From assembly GCA_010093705.1 (NCBI GenBank), contig MU006095.1:434001-498000 (forward strand): a DNA stretch of 64,000 nt. Direction: 5' to 3'. Below, piece by piece: positions 34,546 through 46,259 of this stretch. The notes under the pieces are model-generated. The model saw only the letters and a list, made by a program, of their open reading frames with translations, was not told where the DNA came from and made no database searches. A program made the position numbers and the translations under genes. Each line of letters opens with the position of its first letter. Position 1 is the first letter of the stretch. This DNA is from Patellaria atrata CBS 101060 (taxonomy: Eukaryota).

Positions 34546-36654
34546 TTACGCCGAAGCGTTTATTCTCTTCCTCTCAATCTTCAACACAGTCTCTACAAAC
34601 CGTTTGTTGAGCGTCTCTTTCTTCCGCGATGCCAATAGTTGTGCCGTCTTCAGGATGTTCTTGATTTGTCTGCCATTGAGTTCCACGGCGGCGAGTTCAT
34701 CGAGATCCTCGTCAGAGAACTCATTCGGCTGTGACGAGTTATTCAAGAAGTTCTTCCAGATCATGCGCCGTGAGCTGCTCGTGAGGTCGGGATACTCCAT
34801 AGAGACGTGGATGCGAGATTGGAAGGCAGTATCAATATTGTCGACGCGATTGGTAGTCAAGAACAAAATCCCCTCGTAATATTCCAATGTCCTCAAAAAG
34901 ATTGAGACGATCTTGTTGCGCTCTAGGTCATGGGTTGATCTGGCCTCGAGGAAGACGTCGCATTCGTCTAAGAGCAGGATTGCGTTCCAACGAGCGACAA
35001 GCTCAAGAACATTGTTCAATCCGGACTCCACTTCCCATGGACTGGAACCAAGATCACCGCTGCTAAGAGTATGGAGCGGGACTTTCATATTTTCAGCCAC
35101 AGCCTCTGCAGTAAGAGTCTTGCCTACACCTGGAGGACCGGAGAGAAGCATGATGATGCCTTTACCTTTTCCTTGGACGACGTCGTCGAAAGCTGCACGG
35201 TTCTCGATTTGACTCTCTGAGAATGCAAGAATGAGCTCTTTGTGTTCCTCATCCAGTACGAGGTTGTCAAAAGCGTTGGTGTTCCACTTAACAGGGCCGA
35301 CATAGTCAACGAAGAAGTCAAGCCATTGCTTCGTCTTTAGGGAATAGCCTCGGGTTCTGCTTCGGCAAAGTTGATAGTGATATGGCGAAAGCCTTGCCTT
35401 GGGACCATTCTTTTTCTTATACCATTCTTCGGCTCCCTTGCCCTCTTTTTCTCTGGAGTCTTGGTCGTGAGTCACAAAGGCTACTACGTCCTTCTTTCGG
35501 AACTGTTGAATACGTTCCAGATCTTTCGCATTCCAGTTAGTGACATAACGTGCTCGGTAAGGGCTGTATTTATTGAATGCGTTGATATCGACGACAATGC
35601 GACCGGATACCTGGACGGTCTGCTCATTGCCTTCGCGATCCCATGTGATTGCAGGCCCGGAGTAGCTCCTGTATTCATACCCAGCAAGCTGCTCAAATAC
35701 CTTACCGCGTTCAATCAGACTCTTCCTCACATTCTCTTGGTCAGGATGGAAAGCCAGTGGGAAAGCGTTGAGAGACACGATCTTCTTCGTACCGTAGAAC
35801 TCTTCGATGTCGATCTTCTCTCGACAGCGACCAAAGTTGCTTCCGTTGAAGTCGACACAATCGGAGAAAAGCCTTACAAAATTGCCGCACTGATTGGACA
35901 TATACTCGGAACGCTCTAGTTCGAACGCCGACAGGGGACCTCTGTGTTCCGCAACGATGACAGAACCAGGTTGGAAAACCATCCAAAGATGTTCGTAAGT
36001 AATGACGCCATGTTGGACGTAGTCTTCGAATGCTTTGATAGCATCTCCGATCTCATATCTGAGGGTGTCCATGAGAAGTTTGAGGTGTTCCCTGGTTGTC
36101 TCCTCGAGATCCCGTCTCTTCTCATATGCTAACAAATCTGCCCATCGGTGCACGAATGGTTTGAAAGGTGCCTCAAATATTAGTCTCTTCAATTCGCAGG
36201 CAACCCCAGGATAGTCCTTCAGTACTTCAGAGAGGACATCCTTCAACCGAGGGCTCTGAATCACTATTTCCGCTGCTTCTAGTCTCTTGCGGCTGTCTGG
36301 ACTTTTTGCGTTCCGTACAATGATGGCGAATTTCGCTGTTTCGTTGTTTTCGGCGGCTTCAGGAACATCTGTTGGTTCTTCAGCAACCCACGTCCAGTTC
36401 CCGTCTGCGTCTTTGGCTGATTTGTAAATATTCTTGATGGTGCTAATTGAACCATCTTCGATTTGACCGTCCGTGGTATCCAAAATTTCTTCGGCTTTCG
36501 ATTCACCATTCGTGGTAGTCTCATTGTTCTCAGCTTTGGATTCACCATTCAGGACGGTGCCATTGCTATCAGCTTTGGATTCGCCATTCGCATTGCTTTT
36601 GATGGAGAACCCACAAGCTTCAGCCACTGCGTTTGCGCCATTAGGGACCGCCAT
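34546..36654 (-). CDS. Fungal-type single-domain AAA+ ATPase of unknown function (TOB3/ATAD3B-annotated family)
   Basis: Walker A GPPGVGKTLTAE, Walker B LLLDECDVFL, FLRTLEYYEGILFLTTNR, AFQSRIH, NGRQIKN; three N-terminal NGESKA repeats; intronless, 702 aa. Confidence 0.9.
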   Translation of the reverse strand: MAVPNGANAVAEACGFSIKSNANGESKADSNGTVLNGESKAENNETTTNGESKAEEILDTTDGQIEDGSISTIKNIYKSAKDADGNWTWVAEEPTDVPEAAENNETAKFAIIVRNAKSPDSRKRLEAAEIVIQSPRLKDVLSEVLKDYPGVACELKRLIFEAPFKPFVHRWADLLAYEKRRDLEETTREHLKLLMDTLRYEIGDAIKAFEDYVQHGVITYEHLWMVFQPGSVIVAEHRGPLSAFELERSEYMSNQCGNFVRLFSDCVDFNGSNFGRCREKIDIEEFYGTKKIVSLNAFPLAFHPDQENVRKSLIERGKVFEQLAGYEYRSYSGPAITWDREGNEQTVQVSGRIVVDINAFNKYSPYRARYVTNWNAKDLERIQQFRKKDVVAFVTHDQDSREKEGKGAEEWYKKKNGPKARLSPYHYQLCRSRTRGYSLKTKQWLDFFVDYVGPVKWNTNAFDNLVLDEEHKELILAFSESQIENRAAFDDVVQGKGKGIIMLLSGPPGVGKTLTAEAVAENMKVPLHTLSSGDLGSSPWEVESGLNNVLELVARWNAILLLDECDVFLEARSTHDLERNKIVSIFLRTLEYYEGILFLTTNRVDNIDTAFQSRIHVSMEYPDLTSSSRRMIWKNFLNNSSQPNEFSDEDLDELAAVELNGRQIKNILKTAQLLASRKKETLNKRFVETVLKIERKRINASA

Positions 36655-37382
36655 TGTGATGGTATGAGCTGGTAATTGATTCTGAAGATGAAATTTGAAG
36701 TTTGAAGATATTCACTCTGCCTTTAAACGTGAAACTGCTTACCGTTTATATACCTCGAAGATTAGGCCAACGAGTCAAGACTACAGTGGGGAAACGAGCA
36801 TTGAATCCTGTTGCCTTGTGCGGTGTCCTGAAATCCTATTGATGATACACAGCCGCCTGGAATTTTCGAGGCTGCGATGAGTCTTCGTGTAGAAGATCAG
36901 CGCTATGCTTGCTCCGAATTGGCGTAGTTAAGAATCGTGGGTCAAGGCAACAGAATCCCTCCAAGTAATCGCAACCAGTCGCTTAGTAGTCGGTTCGACA
37001 CAAACAATATTACTATTACGCTTTTCCAGATTCCTTTATTTTACCTTATATATTTTATACCCTATCGTTTAACACTTGCATTTCCATAATTTTCATTTGT
37101 TTTGGCTTAACGAGAAATCGTTATCACTAGTATACTATATTAATGTAGTTCTAGAATATTAGGTAGAAGAATTGACATAATAATATACTTATTATGATAG
37201 TGGAATTCTCGAGTTCCAGTGGCTTCTCTCTGAGGAGGTTTATTGATAACATTGCGATTTGACATGCTAAGTATACTTGACCAGAAATATAACAAGGGCT
37301 GAGCATTGGGTCCCGGGTTAGGTTACATGACCTGCTGGGCATGGGTCATCGAAACATCAGATAGCCATAATGTCAATTTGTT

Positions 37383-39103
37383 TTAATCATCGACTTTCGG
37401 GTGAATACAACGCAGCGCATGAAGTAAGTGTCCTCTTCTCCTTCGGACGTAGCTTGTGTATAACCCGCCAGCCACATAGACGACTCCAAGTCTTAAGACA
37501 ACAGGCTACTTGAATTATTCCGGCCGCGAGAAGATGATAGTCATCGCATAAGATAGGAGCTCGAAGAGGTTCTGGAATGACGCTTCAAGTGACGAAAATG
37601 CGCCACGATGGTCTTCATCGACCTCCTGGACTACTACTTTAGACAACTTGACAGAAAGCGAAGAGTGAGCCCTTACAGCTTGGACAATAATTTGTGCACA
37701 CAGATCAAATCCCCAAAGCCCGATACGACTTAATACCACTCCAGCCACAAGTCCACTCGCTGCTAATACTCTTCTTCCTCCCTGATCCTCCCCGAAGAAC
37801 CAAATGACCCCTAGCGCTAACCAGGCTATTTGCCAGCACAAAAACCAAATACCTCCTCTTACTGGACCGATTTTCTTCGTCAATATTGACGCGATCCAGG
37901 TTGCACTTAACTCAAGGATTGTGCTGACTGTGCGAGTAATTCCCACATGAATGGAGTCATAACCGGAGAAGAGTAGGAAGGCAATCATTTGACCAGAAAA
38001 AGAGAGAATAGTGAAATATAGGACGGAGAGAGAAAACGAGGGAGAAAAGCAGAATGTCGGAAGTAAAACAACAGGGATCTCCATGGTATCAAAGCGGCGA
38101 ATTTCGAGTAGAGCCATACCTTTACACAGGAAATCCGTCCCCCTGTAGCGTATTGTGACGAAGGCATGCCGACATCTCTGCCAGAAGCTTCAGGATCAGT
38201 AATTGTCGGAGGGCGTTGTAAGGCTGGGACCATTTTAAAGACCTTGATAAAGTATTAGTAATATTCTTACGGATTAGGATGATATTTCATCACTCTTGTT
38301 ATGCAAATATACTCAATAGATATGGATAACGTATTCATGCCCAACGTAACCCATATGGCAGCGATGGGTGAAGCTCCATTGATCAAGGAAATAGCCAGGG
38401 GACCAAGAAGCTTACAGAATAGGTCGATGCGACGCATTCGAGCATTCATGATTCGACGGGCAGCTTTATTATCTTCAGCGATCACGACAACCTAAATTAC
38501 ATTAGCGATGATTAGGAAATATGAGAAGTGAAGGCTTACCCAGTCTCGTTCGACCGCGACGATATTTATCACCGCACACAACTTATCCATGCACGCAAGG
38601 ATGACAACCTAAGCAAATAAAGCTGTCCTTAGAATCTCGCGGGCGTTTGATTCCTACTCTAACATTCAAAAGATCACACAGGACGCAGCAACAGTCAATC
38701 GTGGCCCTATAATGGATACCCTCACGACAATTAACCGATTTCCTTGATCAATCCATGAACCCACAGCTGGGGAGAAAATAATTACGCGCCCATTCCGCGC
38801 AAGAGCGTATACGGACATGGGTAGCAGTGTAGCTGGATAAATGGACACGAGGAATAAGACAGCGCCGAACTCAAAGAGCCGAGAATTCCATGTTGATAGG
38901 AAGTGTGAGGTATAGAGGCGGACCTGGAGAGACCTTGGAATGATCACCGGCAGCTCCTCATATCGCTGCTCGTCGAAGCGTTCTCCATGGTTAGATGCTG
39001 TATGAGTACTAGATTCAGTAGCGAGTTGGATGCGTTGATTATGAGTTCCGTGTATACCGTAGGGTAAGGTTATAGGTGTAATTTCTTGGCCTGGGTGATT
39101 CAT
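37383..39103 (-). pseudogene. Ferroportin (SLC40A1/FPN1-like iron exporter) pseudogene
   Basis: Family motifs LYTSHFLSTWNSRLFEFGA, AVERDW, NARMRRIDLFCKLLGP, LYFTILSFSGQM, SRIGLWGFDL, QNLFELLSY. In-frame stops at 38666, 38654, 38609, 37515 and 37506, plus a frameshift near 38040. Confidence 0.88.
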
Positions 39104-39737
39104 TTCTCAACCGGGTTGTCATTTAAGGCTAGGATTCTCGTCTATGTATGGTTATTTAAATGGAAAGCGGCTTATAAATAACATTCAAGGTCGTTAAATA
39201 ATTTACTCTTATCGGGTTCTACTCCTTTACCAAGTACGGAGTTAGTGATGTTAGTTCTAAATAGTTATAACGCGTTAGAGCTAAAGTTAGAAACTTGCCG
39301 TTGCCTGATTTGGGAGACGAACATCTGCGCCCCGTATCACACAGAATATCAGCCACAAAATCATCTACTAACAACAAAGACTCTCGATTGGAAAATTGCT
39401 AAAACTAGGGGAGTTTCACCGCCATCATGTATGTTGTAGAAGAGGTTGAGTGTCTGAACCTTGACGTCAGATTCATCCCCCATCGCACTAATTCACCTGG
39501 AATTGCATATGCCAACCATCAGAACTTCTTTTGTTCCAATTCGCAGTTTGTAACGTGTTAGCGCTTTTTGTACCGTCGGTGTTCTTCGATCACTGTACGT
39601 TACTGTACAGATGAAGGCATAGTTCTATCATCAGTATCAATATTCTCTCAATCTTCTACGTCTCTGTACGGCTAAGGCAGACTCCTCTTTCCTCATAGCC
39701 ATACAGCAAGATAACCCTGACAAGGGAGGGGATACCG

Positions 39738-42099
39738 ATGGACGCCACTTCAGAGCCCCATTATCACGCACTGGGAGTCGACGAAATCCGCGTACTAAAG
39801 CTCCAACCCGGCCAAGAAGACGACAAAATAGTCGTACACCTGATCCACGTCCGTCTCTCCGACAATCCAGAATACGAAGCCCTTTCCTACGTCTGGAGAA
39901 ACAGCATCGAACCCGACCACGCGATCGACATGGAAGTAGAAGTCCAAGTCACTCCTCTAATGCCACATGCCGTGGACGACATGGAATGGATCAGAAACAA
40001 TGTGATGAAAATGAAGTTCCGCGAACTGGCTCATCATCCAACGCACTCGTTTCTGTACTATAGTCGCGGTGGAGAGAGATTTCCGGAGCGGATATCTTGC
40101 GACGGCTCGGATATTATGATCGGTGGCGAGTTGCACTTCGCGTTGAAGAACCTACGCCGTGCGACTAAGTCTCGGACATTGTGGGCCGATGCGTTATGCA
40201 TCAACCAAAGCGACCCCCTGGAAAGGGGGGAGCAAGTTAAACTGATGGCCAGTATATATGCGCGCGCAACGCAGGTTGTCATATGGTTAGGTGGTAGCTA
40301 TATGGAGGTAGAACATGCCGCAATGACGCTTTCTGGTATTCGGTTTCGACTGGCCTCGCACATTTTTCACCATGATAATAAACCTACGACAGCGCAGATG
40401 TACGAGTTGAGCCAGGATCCGGAATGGAAAGCGCAGCATTGGGATTCCATTGCTGAATTGATGAGGCGAAACTGGTTTGGAAGAGTAGGTGAACCTATTG
40501 CCCTTTTCTCTCCAAAGCTATTTCCAGTCTATTGTATGCAGAAATGAAGAGGAGGCCTATTTGGAAATAATAACAAGCGAAGTTCTGTACGAAAACAATT
40601 TTCGTATTATGGGATACTTGTACAGCAATCCTACGACAGCTGAGGAGTGTCGAGAGTGTCATACGAGCAGATTTGTCATTTGACGCTAAGCTAATCGCAC
40701 TCATAGGTATGGTGTCTCCAAGAAGCAGTAAATGCGAAGAAAGCTGTGATGCAGATAGGGTACGTATGAAGACAGGTTAAAGAACCATTTGCTAATTCAT
40801 ATTAGCGATAAAACAATAGAAATGGAGTCGCTGCTGGATACTATCTACAGACTCTATGTATTCGGGTTGGATACACCTCTTTGGTCCAAAGGTCGACCTA
40901 CGGGTTTACTTGCCGTACGCACAATATACGGACTCCGTGCCTCTGAGGAGAGCCAAAGACCGTCGATGTTAGAGCTACTACACCACACTCGAACGTTCAA
41001 GTGTACCTTCCCAAGCGATAAGTTCTACGGGCTCCTCAACCTAGTTTCAGATAATGAGACCAATGGGGTCGTGATCGATTATACCAAAGATCCGTCTGAG
41101 GTTTTCATCGATTTTGCCGTGCATGATATGTTACGGAAGAAGTATCCTGTTATATTGCACTTTTGCGTGAGGTCCAACGAGAAGTCTGAGCTAAACCTTC
41201 CATCATGGGTTCCTGACTGGACTCAGCATGTTTGGCAGGAGTCTGTAACCTATAATAAATATTTTAACCTGGGTACTTATAATGCATCGCGAGATAGAGC
41301 TCCACACTTTTCTTTCTCCGAAGACCGCAGGATACTATTCATCGAGGGCATAATCCTCGACATAATCGAAGAAGTAGAACTCCTCCGCGCCATCCCTCCC
41401 CGCGAAAGACCAAAAAACGTCTTCAGGGGAGACAAAGACAAACCGTTCTGGGACATCGACGCCCCGGAGACCGAAAAGCCCTGGCACATCCGCGACACCG
41501 ACAACAAGCCCTTCTGGGAATCTAGCCACGAGAGCTTCCTAGACGAATACCTCTCGAACCGGCGAACCTGGGTCAAAAACGCCATCTCGATCGCCTTCCC
41601 CGAGAAATCGTGTACGCCTGAGCAATATGAGGCACTCTGGCGAACGTTCCTCTGGGATCTCGCGGAACAGCGCGAACGGCCTGGTCCGGAGTACGAAGAG
41701 TATTTTTCCCTCTGGTTTCAGGATGTTAATAATAAGACGCACATTTCAGCAAATTTCAGAAAGGAAAAAGATGCGCCGGGCTTAGATCTGAGGAGGCTAC
41801 CGGGTGATGCTATCGAGGTGGATGAGGAGGGGAGGATGAGTCTGATGTTTGCCAAAGCGCATGAGAAATGCGATAACAGGAGATTCTATCGGACATCGGG
41901 CGGGAGATATGGGTGGGCTCCAGACACGACACGGAGCGGAGATCTAGTGGCTGTCCTCCATGGGCTTGAAGCACCGTTTATACTAAGAGCTGCTGAGGAT
42001 GGACGATATGTGATTGTGGGGGATGCGTATTTGCATGGGGTGATGTACGGGGCTGCTTTGGATATGGGACTTGAGATGCAGACGCTTGAGATCGTTTAG
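39738..42099 (+). CDS. Heterokaryon-incompatibility (HET, HET-6-like) domain protein, three exons
   Basis: IRVLKLQPG, YEALSYVW, LWADALCINQSD..ER..QV.LM..IY..A..V..WLG, WFGR|VWCLQEA, DKFYGLL, LPSWVPDW, RRFYRT..GRYG, GD.VAVL.G...PFILR, IVGDAYLHGVM.G; introns ~40486-40707 and ~40761-40806. Confidence 0.92.
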
Positions 42100-43143
42100 G
42101 TTGTCTTAAGTAGGACCTTACCTTTGGTCGGTCATTCTAATCTTCAGCTTACATATACCGTACGCCCTAAGCAGCAACAGAGAATCTGATCTTCTTTCAT
42201 GGATCTGTAGAGTACAGTACAGTTCATGTCGGATGAGTTTTTGTTGTATTCTTAGTCGGGAATGCAGTGACAACCGAAAAGATGCTTAGTTCTGAATCTA
42301 GAACGTGAATATAATAGTATAACGTCGTATTATGACGACTGCGATAAGAATGAGTATTTAAAGTCGCGTACGGAATACAGAAGCATTCAACAAGCTCCAA
42401 CACAGTCTGTCGATGTCAAAGACGCTTGTGAATTACATCATGAATTCCCTTTGATCATCTGGTAATTATTTTGTTGCCTATTCAAGAAAATTGGAGTGAT
42501 CACAACTTGGGGTGAGCTTAAAGAATGAGATGAGTTGGAAAATGAACCGGAGCCCGCGGCACCCTTTGCCTGGAAGAACCTTAGTTTTCCTGTATCTGTA
42601 CCGCGTCATGTAACGTAAAACTTATCGATCTGTTAGGATGGATAACTAAGGTATCGAATAAGAAATTCTATGGCTGTCTGTGAATACCATCATCCCCAGG
42701 GTAGGGAGAGAGGTGGTTAACCTGGTGAGGTGGAGGTAAGGTAACCGCTTGGTTCCATTCTATGAAATGATATTGACGGATCTTGATTACCTAGTGTGAC
42801 ACGTCGGAATGGAAAATGAGTGATAACTTGGTTGCTCTTTCCGATTGCAGTCCTTACACAATGAGTAAGGAGGTACCCAGTGGTACCTCAAGGAAGGCTC
42901 GGAACATACTCCAGCGACCGCAGTCACGTGAAACAACGGTTGATATCCCGATGATGTAGTTGTTTGTCGTCGAGAAAACATAAAACGATGTTGTTTGCAG
43001 TCGCGCGCTGTACTTGCTCTTTCCTCCCCTTGGCCCACCAAGACTGCGCATCGTCATCTCAACCTGTCTTCCTCCTCTATCTTGAGGTCTAACTTATCCA
43101 TCATCAAACTTTCCATCGTAGTAATAGAAAGTATTTCTTCGAA

Positions 43144-44373
43144 ATGAATATCGCAAAACGCAACGATGCGCTTCGTGTCAACGGTACGCTTCTTTTCTTC
43201 ATCTCTTCCACCATCCACAGCTAATTTTGATCGTCAGGCAACATGGTCAATGGCAAATCTGTCGACATCCACCAGACTGTCCGCGGCTCTGACTTCTACT
43301 GGGCCATTTGTGCTGTCATGGGTTTCTCAACCCTCGCCTTTTTGATCCTCGCGATGAAGAAGGCCCGCCCGGACCGCATCTTTCACTACATCACTGCCAG
43401 TGTGTGCATGATTGCGTTCATCACCTATTTCACCATGGCCGCCAATCTTGGTTGGACTCCCATCGATGTAGAGTTCCGTAGGAGCAGGCACACCGTTTCC
43501 GGAATCAACAGGGAGATCTTTTACGTCCGCTACATTGACTGGTGAGTTGGCTCGTAATCTCTTTTCCGCACTTTTGAAAAACTTTACCAAAAGACGCGTA
43601 AAACCCAGTTATTGATGACTAGAAGGTTCATTACTACTCCTTTGCTCCTCTCGAATCTCTTGCTCACTGCTGCCATGCCCTGGCCTACTATTCTTTGGGT
43701 GCTTCTCGTCGACGAGGTCATGATCGTCTGTGGACTCGTTGGTGCACTTACGCGTACACGCTATAAATGGGGATACTTCGCATTCGGTAAGTTCAAACTA
43801 GACATTTACTCTTACCTGCTTCTAATGACCCGCATTAACATTCCATAAGGCTGCGCTGCTCTCATGTATATCCTTTACCAGCTTGTTTGGGAAGCGCGTC
43901 GCCATGCCAACGCACTCGGTCGCGATGTTGGCCGTACCTTCTTGATCTGCGGCTCGTTGTTGTCATTCCTCTGGCTCTTATATCCGATCTCCTGGGGATT
44001 GTGCGAAGGTGGCAACTACATCGCTCCAGACTCTGAGGCTGTTTTCTACGGTGTCCTCGACTTCTTTGCTAAACCCATTTTCGGTGCTTTGCTTCTCTGG
44101 GGCCATCGCAACGTCGATCCCGCCCGTCTTGGCCTCCGCATTAGGGACTACGACGAGGATCCGGCGGTCCATGGCAGCTTAGGAGGCCCATATAACCGCG
44201 AGAAGGTTGCGCCTGGTGGTGTCCACAACGAAGTCAACAACAGTCTTGACAACAATGGGGTCCATAACGGTGTCCACAATAATGGAGTCTCCACTGGGTT
44301 CCACACCGGAGCTCAAGACGGCATCTTTCATGGAGCTAGGACTGGACACACTGGACTTGAGCCAGCAGTTTAG
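43144..44373 (+). CDS. Fungal type-1 rhodopsin, CarO/auxiliary ORP-like subgroup, retinal Lys retained, DTN motif
   Basis: Four exons give MNIAKRNDALRVNG...RGSDFYWAI...YFTMAANLGW...REIFYVRYIDW|FITTPLLLSNLLL...YKWGYF...LYPISWGLCEGGN...DSEAVFYGVLDFFAKPIFG; helix G carries DxxAK. Confidence 0.92.
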
Positions 44374-44739
44374 ACTTTCTTACTGTTGGATGAAGTTGGG
44401 ACATTGCTCTCTTATATGAAGTGCTTGATGACGTGAAGAATAGACATGGTATTGTTTCTTTAACGGCCTTATTGAGAACTTAACGATGGATGTTATATGT
44501 ACTATTACCACTTTACATTATGATCTTTAATAGTAGATCAACGAAACAAATGGATACTCGTGATTTACGTTAGGCTTACAATGACTTGCAGTAATACTGA
44601 TTGTGTAATCCGCTTACCCTTGATATGACAAAATTCGCAGGATACTTGAAAATAGGCACAAATTCCAGAACACCTCGAAGTTCTCTTTAATGATGAACCT
44701 ACCCCCAGGACATTTATTCTTCCTACATAGCAGGAACTC

Positions 44740-46062
44740 TTCATGTCGAACCAGGAATCCCAGATGGCGCACAGTTTTCTCCGTCTTTTTCATTCTAACG
44801 ACAAAGGGCGTATACGATCTCCGTTCGGCTTCTTACTCGAGATAGAAGCGTATACAATCCTATTCCGGCCGGACCAGAGATGGTTCTCTCTGACGGGTAA
44901 GGCAATGGGAATGCGCGCCCACAGTACTCGCGACAGTAATGATAATTCGACAAATTCAACATGGTTGCTCTACAAAACAACATTTCGAAAGAAACAGGGG
45001 ACGTTGGTATCTTTATAGCCTTTAACCATTTAGGGATAGGGGAGATTAACACGCCGCTCCTAACGAGACCGGGTTAGAATCAACCGAACATGCGCCCTGG
45101 GCGGGACAACGTGAAACGGTCCAGCCTCGACCAAGGGACGACCCAAGTTCTAGCGATATCGACGTTCGGACTTCAGACGGCAACTGTTTTGTCTGATGAC
45201 TTTGCTGCTTTCAAGTTTTATTTTGTTTAGGTTGGTGGGCGCGTACTTGGGGATACCCCTACTGTACTTGAGGATTTCAATACGGTATCGTTCTTCAAAC
45301 TTCAGAACGTCCGGGTGAGGAGCGATATTTTTTTTTGATACAGCGAGAAGGAATGTGTGGATTTCAGAAAGCCCCCGGAAATAGGGGAAATTGTTGGCCT
45401 TACATATCTGCCTTACTGTATTACTCCGAGTTCCGACATCCAAGTTCTGGCCCAAGAGGCTAAAGGCCCTTAAATTTTGATTCGATGGAAGACTGCGCAC
45501 TCCTGAGATCTATTTCTGGCCCCCAAACTATGAACCCTGTACGATTTCGAAGAATCCCACCTTATCAATCTTCATCAATGTTTCTTTTCCAGTCCTTTGA
45601 AGAGAAGAAAGTGTAGAGGATAAGAGATTGGGAAAGGTTGATTGAAACGGCTCGCTTTGAAATACATATCGCATTTTTCGTTACAAAACATCGTGGCAGC
45701 TGCAGTTTCATAACGCTCTCTTGGGAGATCGGATCGGCTGTAAGGTTGTGCATCGTTCAACCAACTTCAGGCGCCCGGTTGAAGGAATAGAAACCCGGAT
45801 ATTGTGGCGTCGGCACAGCCAACGAGAATGCATCGCTAACGCCCATCAGGTCACGCATGAAAGCTAGCCTAGGATGGTGCTTCAGAAATATCGACATGCC
45901 GGACCTTGGGCCTTGGGGAGATCCGGGGGGGGAGGGGGGGATTGGGGGGGTGGGGGGTTGACGAGGAGTGTTGTTACGAGAAGACCCTTCTTGGCCCAAA
46001 GTTGAGCTGAGCAGCCTGAGCAATTCACATCTTTCCCTTTGCACACGGGAGCTTTCTTTCAC
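44740..46062 (-). pseudogene. Possible decayed gene: chain of short ORFs in shifting frames
   Basis: Consecutive minus-strand ORFs 46062-45757, 45760-45575, 45500-45150 and 45052-44795 with protein-like composition; no identifiable domain. Confidence 0.3.
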
Positions 46063-46259
46063 ATGGTCTAATCTACTTTCGACTTCCTCATTGACGACTC
46101 CTGTCTTGTTTCCATCCTCGTCATCTCCTTTCGAGAAGGAGTAATATCGTGTGGCCGACTACCATAATATCTCCACCTCGTGCGGACCGTGTAGAATAAC
46201 CAATCTTGCGCCGACACGAACCTCGAAAGTAAACCCACTCAACAAGCTCTTTTCACCGT

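Noticed and set aside
36915..37005. tRNA-like A box (TGGCGTAGTT) and B box (GGTTCGACAC)
   Set aside because: No T-stem, acceptor stem or anticodon arm can be paired; at best a very degraded tRNA/SINE relic.
44795..44930. GLYTLLSRVRS resembling PIF1/Helitron helicase motif VI
   Set aside because: Motif V (HKSQG) and Walker motifs are absent; likely coincidence.
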